Source: an uncultured Finegoldia sp.
GTDB taxonomy: Bacteria > Bacillota > Clostridia > Tissierellales > Peptoniphilaceae
NCBI RefSeq assembly: GCF_900766215.1
Contig: NZ_CAAFUQ010000095.1
Span: forward strand, 8,545-72,544
Direction: 5' to 3'
Length of the DNA stretch: 64,000 nt
Of the stretch, positions 57,329-64,000 are shown in pieces (position 1 is the first letter of the stretch; each line of letters opens with the position of its first letter). Made by a program: the position numbers and the translations under genes. The notes under the pieces were generated by a model, which ran no database searches, was not told the DNA's origin, and was given only the letters and a program-made list of their open reading frames with translations.

Positions 57329-58437
57329 ATATAATAGTATCTGGTGGTGGAACAGGTGGACATATTTATCCCGCCATTTCACTAATTGAAGAATTAAAAA
57401 AAAGAGACGAAAACAATAAAATCCTTTATGTAGGGACAGAAAAAGGGTTGGAAAGTAGCATTGTTCCAAATCTAGGAATAGATTTTAAAACTATACATGT
57501 GAAGGGCATTCCTAGAAAAATCAATGCTGATTCATTCAAAGCATTGAAAGAGTTATTTAGAGGACTAAAAGAAGCGAATAAAATACTTAAAGAGTTCAAG
57601 CCTGATCTAGTAATTGGAACAGGTGGATATGTTAGTGGGCCTATTTTATACAAAGCAACTAAAACTAAAGCTAAAGTGGCTTTTCATGAACAAAACAGCT
57701 TTCCGGGAATAACAAATAGGATACTATCAAGATATGTGGATAGATATTTTGTCACATTTGAAGAATCCATAAAATACTTCAAAAACCAAGATAAAGCCAT
57801 AGTTACAGGTAATCCAATTAGAAATAGATTTACAGATATTGAGAAAAACAAAAAAGCAGCATTTGAACAATTTAATATACCAGAAAACAAAAAGGTTGTA
57901 TTAATATTTGGAGGATCAAACGGATCAGAAATATTAAACAAAGCAACATTAGATATGATTGATAAAATATCAAACCAAGATAGCTTCGAAGTAATTTTAG
58001 CTACTGGTAAATTGAATTATGACGAATTTATTGAAAAATCTGGAAAAGAAATCAAGAATTTGCACGTATATCCATATCTTGAAGATATCGATAAGGCATA
58101 CTGTGTGTCTGATTTGATAGTAACAAGTAGTGGAGCTATTACATTAGCGGAATTATCTTTCTTGGGAAAAGCTTCGATACTTGTTCCAAAAGCTTATACT
58201 ACAGAAAATCACCAAGAACACAATGCTAGAGCATTTGAAAAAGTAGGAGCTAGTAAAGTTATTTTGGAAAAAGATTTGAATTCTACAACATTATTTGAAC
58301 AAATAAACGAAATAATTAAAGACGATAACTTATTACAAGAACTTTCAGAAAACTCAAAAAAAATGTCATATCCAACAGCTTGTAAAGATATTGTAGATGA
58401 ACTTTACAGATTGGTAGAAAAAGATGAAAAAGCATAA
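57325..58437 (+). CDS. murG: UDP-GlcNAc:undecaprenyl-PP-MurNAc-pentapeptide GlcNAc transferase
   Basis: N-terminal GGTGGH signature and GT28 N- and C-domains. Confidence 0.9.
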   Translation: MNIIVSGGGTGGHIYPAISLIEELKKRDENNKILYVGTEKGLESSIVPNLGIDFKTIHVKGIPRKINADSFKALKELFRGLKEANKILKEFKPDLVIGTGGYVSGPILYKATKTKAKVAFHEQNSFPGITNRILSRYVDRYFVTFEESIKYFKNQDKAIVTGNPIRNRFTDIEKNKKAAFEQFNIPENKKVVLIFGGSNGSEILNKATLDMIDKISNQDSFEVILATGKLNYDEFIEKSGKEIKNLHVYPYLEDIDKAYCVSDLIVTSSGAITLAELSFLGKASILVPKAYTTENHQEHNARAFEKVGASKVILEKDLNSTTLFEQINEIIKDDNLLQELSENSKKMSYPTACKDIVDELYRLVEKDEKA

Positions 58438-59125
58438 AGTAGTAATTATTGTAGCAATATCACTTTTAATAGGATTGATAGTGTACTTATTTGCTACACT
58501 TGACTATTTTTCGATAAAAAAAATAACAGTAAAAAACAATAAGATTGTAAAAACAACTGAAATAAAAAATTACTCAAATTACTCATTGGGAGAAAATATC
58601 TTTAGATTTAATAAAAATAACTTAAGAAAAAAATTAAGCAAGGACATATACATTAGAGATGCAAATGTAAAGAAAAAATATCCTGATACTATAGAAATAA
58701 CGATAGAAGAAACAAAAGATATATGTTATTTTCAATTAGGCAAGGATAGATTTTTTGTGGATTCTGATTATAATGTAGTAAAAAATAAAAATAGAATTGA
58801 TTACACCAAAATTGTAAAGATAGATGGAGCGAATGAAAATTTATCAAAAATAAACAATCTGCAATCAGATGAGAAATTTTATGAGTTCATAAAAAATCTT
58901 TATACTAATAAAATTTTAGATCAACTAGTTGGAATTGATATTTATAATGCTAACGATATAACTTTACTTACAAAAAACGAAATTAAAGTGTTTTTTGGGG
59001 ATTTAAACGAGTCAGAAAAGAAATCTAATAATCTTTTCAAGATTTTAAAAGAAATTAGTACTAAAAGTATAAACACGAAAACCGTAGATATAAAAGATCC
59101 TAAAAAGTCGTTTTTTATAAAATAA
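58424..59125 (+). CDS. divIB: Cell division protein DivIB/FtsQ
   Basis: Single N-terminal TM plus POTRA and FtsQ beta-domain organisation, following murG. Confidence 0.7.
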   Translation: MKKHKVVIIVAISLLIGLIVYLFATLDYFSIKKITVKNNKIVKTTEIKNYSNYSLGENIFRFNKNNLRKKLSKDIYIRDANVKKKYPDTIEITIEETKDICYFQLGKDRFFVDSDYNVVKNKNRIDYTKIVKIDGANENLSKINNLQSDEKFYEFIKNLYTNKILDQLVGIDIYNANDITLLTKNEIKVFFGDLNESEKKSNNLFKILKEISTKSINTKTVDIKDPKKSFFIK

Positions 59126-59477
59126 AATGCAGAACAAACAGAGTAAATACGGTTTTTGTAATAATTCAAAAAACAAATTAAACTAAACGTGTTAAAACGT
59201 TAGTGTATTTATGATACATTAATATGTTTTAATAATTTTATTTTGGATTTCACAAAAGAACTAAGAAATTATTTAGGCTTGACAAAACAACGTAAAGTAC
59301 AAAATAAAATAGCTAATAACACGCAAATAGAATAATAAATTTAATAAACTATACTAATAGTACAAGAGTTATTAGCGGCTTGTAATTATAATTTTGGACA
59401 GGAATTAATATTGAACTTGTAGTATAATTAGATTAAAGAGATTAAAAGGAATTTTAATTATAAATTAGGAGGATGTT

Positions 59478-60560
59478 ATGACTTTTGATATGGAATTAGA
59501 AGACAATGATTTAGCAAAAATCAAAGTAATCGGGGTTGGTGGTGGCGGAAACAACGCCGTAAAAAGAATGAAAGAAGAAGGCTTACAAGGCGTTGAATTT
59601 GTAGCTGTGAATACTGACAAACAAATTTTGAACAATTTAGATATTGATACTAAATTACAAATAGGAAGCAAGATTACAAAAGGTTTGGGAGCTGGCGCTA
59701 ATCCTGCTGTTGGTATGAAAGCTGCTGAAGAAAGTAGAAACGAAATTGAAGAAGCCCTTGACAAAACAGATATGGTATTTGTAACTGCTGGTATGGGTGG
59801 TGGTACCGGTACAGGTGCTGCTCCAATTGTTGCACAAATCGCTAAGGAAAAAGGAATACTTACTGTAGGTGTTGTTACAAAACCATTTACATTTGAAGGA
59901 AGAAAAAGACAAATGCAAGCTGAACAAGGTATTGAAGCTTTGAAAGGTAAAGTTGATACTTTGGTAATAATTCCAAATGATAAATTATTACAAATTTCAG
60001 ATAAGAGAACAACAATGTCAGAAGCTTTTATGATGGCTGATGAAGTACTTATGGATGGTATTCAAGGTATTTCAGATTTAATTGCTGTACCTAACTTAAT
60101 TAACTTGGATTTTGCCGATGTTAGATCTATTATGTTAAATCAAGGTATTGCTCACATGGGTATTGGTAAAGCTAATGGAGACAACAGAGCAATGGAAGCT
60201 GCAAAACTTGCAGTTAAATCTCCTCTATTAGAAACATCAATCGGAGGAGCAAAAGCTGTTTTAATTAACGTTACAGGAAAAGAATTGGGATTGTTTGAAG
60301 TTAACGAAGCAGCTGAATTAATTAGAGAAGAAGTTGATCCAGATGCTAACATTATTTTCGGTGCTGGAATTGATGAATCTTTAGGAGATGATATTAAAAT
60401 CACTGTTATTGCAACAGGATTTGATTCAGATAATCCAATGGCTAACAAATTAAAATCAAACAAAAAGCCAGAATCAGTATCTCAAAAATCAGAAGAAACT
60501 TCTGAAAGAGAACATGATGATATTGAAATACCTTCATTCTTGAAGAGAAGAGGATTCTAA
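59478..60560 (+). CDS. ftsZ: Cell division GTPase FtsZ
   Basis: Tubulin signature GGGTGTG, T7 loop, and the C-terminal conserved peptide [11 protein letters not shown]. Confidence 0.95.
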   Translation: MTFDMELEDNDLAKIKVIGVGGGGNNAVKRMKEEGLQGVEFVAVNTDKQILNNLDIDTKLQIGSKITKGLGAGANPAVGMKAAEESRNEIEEALDKTDMVFVTAGMGGGTGTGAAPIVAQIAKEKGILTVGVVTKPFTFEGRKRQMQAEQGIEALKGKVDTLVIIPNDKLLQISDKRTTMSEAFMMADEVLMDGIQGISDLIAVPNLINLDFADVRSIMLNQGIAHMGIGKANGDNRAMEAAKLAVKSPLLETSIGGAKAVLINVTGKELGLFEVNEAAELIREEVDPDANIIFGAGIDESLGDDIKITVIATGFDSDNPMANKLKSNKKPESVSQKSEETSEREHDDIEIPSFLKRRGF

Positions 60561-61012
60561 TGAAATGTCCGTTCTGTAATGCATCTGATACAAAAGTTGT
60601 AGATACTAGAGCATCCGAAGACGATAAAATAGTTAGGCGAAGAAGGGAGTGCATATCTTGTCACAAAAGATTTACTACTTATGAAAGATATGATTTTAAT
60701 AATCTTACGGTAGTAAAAAAGGATAAAAATCGAGAAGCTTTTGATAGAGATAAGGTGTATCGTGGAATGAAAAAGTCTTGTGAAAAAAGACCTGTTCCAG
60801 ATTCAGTGTTGCTTGAGGCTACAAAAGAGATAGAAGTTGAACTAACACATAGCAATAAAAGGGAGGTAGATTCATCTGAAATAGGTGAATTAATAATGAA
60901 AAAGCTTAAGAAAATTGATAAGGTAGCATACATTCGTTTTGCTTCTGTGTATAGAGAATTTACAGATATTAAATCTTTCAATGAAGAAATATCTAAATTA
61001 GATAATGAATAA
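60560..61012 (+). CDS. nrdR: Transcriptional repressor NrdR
   Basis: Zn ribbon MKCPFCN...CISC followed by an ATP-cone domain. The start overlaps the ftsZ stop (TAATG). Confidence 0.9.
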   Translation: MKCPFCNASDTKVVDTRASEDDKIVRRRRECISCHKRFTTYERYDFNNLTVVKKDKNREAFDRDKVYRGMKKSCEKRPVPDSVLLEATKEIEVELTHSNKREVDSSEIGELIMKKLKKIDKVAYIRFASVYREFTDIKSFNEEISKLDNE

Positions 61013-61046
61013 GGTCGGAGTTTTATCCGACCTTTAATTTTTATTT
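61011..61046 (+). terminator. Rho-independent terminator after nrdR
   Basis: aaggtcgga-gtttta-tccgacctt followed by a T-rich run. Confidence 0.75.
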
Positions 61047-61105
61047 AACGATATTTAGTTTTTGTGGTAAGATATAAATAAAATAAATGTTAAAGGGGAA
61101 ATATT

Positions 61106-62410
61106 TTGGATTTATTTGAATATAATTTACAATTGCAAAAAGAAAATAGTTCACCATTAGCAAATAGACTTAGACCTAAAAGTTTGGATAAATATTTTGG
61201 ACAATCACATGTTGTTGGAGAAGGAAAGCTTTTAAATAGATTAATAAAAGCTGATAAAATTCCCTCTATGATTTTTTATGGGCCACCAGGAACTGGGAAA
61301 ACAACATTGGCAGAAATAATTTCAAATCAAACAAACTCTCTGTTTGAACGATTATCAGCTATTTCGAGTGGTGTTAAAGATATTAGGGAAGTTATTTCTA
61401 CTGCCAAAAATAATTTAAGTATGTATAACAAAAAGACAGTCTTGTTTATCGATGAAATTCATAGATTTAATAAATCACAACAAGACGCATTGTTAGGGTA
61501 TGTTGAAGACGGAACCATCACTTTAATAGGCGCTACAACAGAAAATCCGTTTTTTGAAGTAAATAAAGCTCTTTTATCGAGATGTCAAATTATTGAGTTA
61601 AAACCATTGACTGATATTGATATAAAACATATTATAAAAAACGCACTTACAGAAGACAAGATACTTAAAGAAAAGAATATTAAAATGGATGAAAAAGCTA
61701 TTGATGTTCTTGTCAATTCTGCAAATGGAGATGCAAGAAGTGCCTTGAATGCATTGGAGATTGCGGTTGAAAGCACGGATGAGGTTAATGGATGGTTACT
61801 TATAGATGAAGATACTGTAAGAAACTCTGTCTTTAAGCCAGTTCTGAAGTATGACAAAGAGGAAGATCACTATAATGTGATATCAGCGTTCATTAAATCA
61901 ATGAGAGGATCCGATGTTGATGCAGCTTTATATTATTTGGCAAGGATGATTGAAAGCGGGGAAGATCCGAAATTCATAGCAAGAAGAATGGTTATTTTTG
62001 CTTCTGAAGATATTGGATTGGCAAATCCTGAAGCGTTAACTGCAGCTATTAATGTGTTCAATGCTGTTAATTTGATAGGGCTACCTGAGTGTAGAATAAA
62101 CTTATCTAATGGTGTAATATATTTAGCATCAAGTGATAAATCTAATACTTCGTATATAGCTATAGAGAAGGCATTGGAAGATATTCGACAAAATAAAATC
62201 TATGATGTGCCAAATCATTTAAAAGATTCACATTACAGTGGGGCGAAATCATTGGATAGAGGTGTAGGGTACAAATATCCTCATAATGACGATTCCTATC
62301 AACAATATTTACCAGACGAATTAAAAGATCAAAAGTATTACGATCCAAAAGACGTTGGATTTGAAAGCAAAATATATAAAAAACGAGGAGTAAATAATGA
62401 TACTAATTAG
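61106..62410 (+). CDS. rarA: Replication-associated recombination protein A (RarA/MgsA AAA+ ATPase)
   Basis: Walker [12 protein letters not shown], Walker [10 protein letters not shown], and the MgsA C-terminal domain. TTG start preceded by GGGGA. Confidence 0.85.
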   Translation: MDLFEYNLQLQKENSSPLANRLRPKSLDKYFGQSHVVGEGKLLNRLIKADKIPSMIFYGPPGTGKTTLAEIISNQTNSLFERLSAISSGVKDIREVISTAKNNLSMYNKKTVLFIDEIHRFNKSQQDALLGYVEDGTITLIGATTENPFFEVNKALLSRCQIIELKPLTDIDIKHIIKNALTEDKILKEKNIKMDEKAIDVLVNSANGDARSALNALEIAVESTDEVNGWLLIDEDTVRNSVFKPVLKYDKEEDHYNVISAFIKSMRGSDVDAALYYLARMIESGEDPKFIARRMVIFASEDIGLANPEALTAAINVFNAVNLIGLPECRINLSNGVIYLASSDKSNTSYIAIEKALEDIRQNKIYDVPNHLKDSHYSGAKSLDRGVGYKYPHNDDSYQQYLPDELKDQKYYDPKDVGFESKIYKKRGVNNDTN

Positions 62411-63782
62411 AGATTTGATTAAAGATTATGAAAAGTATTCAGACAAAGAAGTAGAGGTTGGAGGCTGGATTAAAAACTCAAGATTCAGCAAAAATGTAGG
62501 TTTCATTGAATTAAACGACGGAACTTTCTTTAATCCTGTTCAAATAGTTGTAGGTAAAGAAAATGAAGATTTTGAAAAGGTAGAAAAACTGAAATTAAGT
62601 TCAGCAATTATTGTCGTTGGGAAATTGGTTTTGACTCCAAATTCAAAGCAACCATTTGAAATCCAAGCTAATAAAGTTATAGTAGAAGGAGACTCTACAG
62701 ACGACTATCCTTTGCAAAAGAAAAGACACACTTTTGAATTTTTGAGAACTATATTACATTTAAGACCAAGAACTAACACATTTAACGCTGTATTTAGAGT
62801 TAGAAGTAGATTGGCATTTGCTATTCATAAATTCTTTAATGAACGAGGATTCGTGTACGTTCACACTCCAATTATAACTGGCAGTGATGCTGAGGGTGCT
62901 GGAGAAATGTTCAGAGTTACTACATTGGATTTGGATAATGTGCCTAAAGATGATGAAGGAAATGTTGATTTTTCACAAGATTTCTTCTCGAAATCTACTA
63001 ACTTAACAGTAAGTGGTCAATTACAAGCTGAAGCTTATGCATTAGCTTTTAGAAATGTATATACTTTTGGACCAACTTTTAGAAGTGAACACTCTAACAC
63101 TCCTAGACATGCGGCAGAATTTTGGATGATGGAACCTGAAATTTGTTTTGCTGATTTGGATGATGTTTGTAATTTGGCAGAAGATATGGTTAAATATATC
63201 ATCAAAGATGTTATGGAAAATTGTGAAGAAGAGATTAAATTCTTCAATAATTTTGTAGACAAAAATTTAATTGAAAGATTGACTAAAGTTGCTAATAAAT
63301 CATTTAAGAAGTTAACTTACACTGAAGCAATTGAAATACTTCAAAAATCAGGTGAAAAATTTGAATACCCAGTAGAATGGGGAATGGATTTACAAACAGA
63401 ACACGAAAAGTATTTGAGCGAAAAAGTTGTAGATGGTCCAGTATTCGTTACTGATTATCCAAAAGAAATCAAGGCGTTCTACATGAGACTTAACGACGAC
63501 AACAAAACAGTTGCAGCAACAGACCTTTTAGTTCCAGGAATTGGTGAATTAATTGGTGGAAGCCAAAGGGAAGAAAGATACGAATTGTTATATAAGAAAA
63601 TGGATGAATTAGGATTCAACAAAGAAGAATACAAATGGTATCTTGATTTAAGAAAATACGGTGGAGTTAAGCACGGTGGATTTGGATTAGGTTTCGAAAG
63701 AATGGTAATGTATATGACAGGAATGTCAAACATAAGAGATGTCATTCCATTCCTAAGAACTGTTGGACATTGTGAATACTAA
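62397..63782 (+). CDS. asnS: Asparagine--tRNA ligase
   Basis: N-terminal OB fold; class II motifs ([24 protein letters not shown]); AsnS length. Confidence 0.9.
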   Translation: MILIRDLIKDYEKYSDKEVEVGGWIKNSRFSKNVGFIELNDGTFFNPVQIVVGKENEDFEKVEKLKLSSAIIVVGKLVLTPNSKQPFEIQANKVIVEGDSTDDYPLQKKRHTFEFLRTILHLRPRTNTFNAVFRVRSRLAFAIHKFFNERGFVYVHTPIITGSDAEGAGEMFRVTTLDLDNVPKDDEGNVDFSQDFFSKSTNLTVSGQLQAEAYALAFRNVYTFGPTFRSEHSNTPRHAAEFWMMEPEICFADLDDVCNLAEDMVKYIIKDVMENCEEEIKFFNNFVDKNLIERLTKVANKSFKKLTYTEAIEILQKSGEKFEYPVEWGMDLQTEHEKYLSEKVVDGPVFVTDYPKEIKAFYMRLNDDNKTVAATDLLVPGIGELIGGSQREERYELLYKKMDELGFNKEEYKWYLDLRKYGGVKHGGFGLGFERMVMYMTGMSNIRDVIPFLRTVGHCEY

Positions 63783-63864
63783 TATTGAATTTAATTCTGT
63801 GATGTGATATCATAGTAATAAGTTTTTATAATAATATTTGAATAAAAGTAGTAAATAATTAAAA

Positions 63865-64000
63865 ATTTTCAGAGAATTGATGGTTGGTGTGAATCAATAT
63901 TTGAGATTATTGAACTTGTTTATTAATAGAATATTCGTATATCTGCGTTAAAGATTTGAGTGGGATTAACCAATAAGAGTGGTACCGCGGAATTTTATTT
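63865..64000 (+). ncRNA. Probable T-box riboswitch leader, truncated by the window end
   Basis: AGAGA at 63871. AGAGTGGTACCGCGG at 63976-63990 matches the conserved T-box sequence (GGGUGGUACCGCGG) at all but one position. No ORF starts in the 200 nt after asnS. Confidence 0.45.

Noticed and set aside
59126-59477. Possible decayed ftsA or small protein gene in the gap before ftsZ
   Set aside because: No ORF longer than about 30 codons is present on either strand. The region is over 75% AT with promoter-like hexamers, consistent with a regulatory region and not a pseudogene.
1-64000. CRISPR arrays, transposases, integrases and phage genes
   Set aside because: Scanning the intergenic regions found no regularly spaced direct repeats. 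No ORF shows DDE transposase, tyrosine or serine recombinase, or phage structural hallmarks. The window appears to be core chromosome.

Overview
This is a 64 kb, AT-rich (about 30% GC) core-chromosome window from a low-GC Gram-positive bacterium. The gene content and order resemble Clostridia/Tissierellia-type anaerobes. About 60 protein genes are tightly packed, mostly on the + strand, with many overlapping starts and stops. There is one tRNA gene. I found no CRISPR array, transposase, integrase or prophage gene. In order along the window: the tail of a potABCD spermidine/putrescine ABC transporter; uppP; the conserved pcrA-ligA pair followed by gatCAB; rdgB, a metallophosphoesterase and folD; a three-gene accessory module (MocA-like cytidylyltransferase, YqeB, XdhC) of the selenium-dependent molybdenum hydroxylase system, with no hydroxylase gene in the window; a Fur-family regulator; and a seven-gene glycan operon (WbpA/B/E/D-like UDP-diacetamido-uronic acid pathway plus a PglC-like initiating transferase, a GT4 glycosyltransferase and a second aminotransferase). 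Next come a lone 3-hydroxyacyl-CoA-dehydrogenase-like gene, an amaP-DUF2273-asp23 stress operon preceded by a sigma-B-like promoter motif, degV, a complete minus-strand pstSCAB-phoU-phoP-phoR block, a type I asparaginase, and two unknown genes. After these lies a four-gene coupled operon: an RluA pseudouridine synthase, a TGS-domain-plus-uridine-kinase fusion, and a compact AddB/AddA-like helicase-nuclease pair in which AddB lacks a Walker A motif. The window ends with a two-component system followed by a 490-aa exported protein; a lone tRNA-Lys(CTT); a HAD hydrolase; a sortase; a dcw cluster (mraZ with MraZ-box repeats, rsmH, ftsL, pbp2B, mraY, murD, ftsW, murG, divIB) that lacks murE, murF and ftsA; ftsZ coupled to nrdR; rarA; asnS; and a truncated T-box leader at the very end. 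The points most worth a second look are the compact AddAB-like operon, the orphan selenium/molybdenum accessory module, the glycan cluster, the dcw cluster organisation and the regulatory RNA and DNA motifs.
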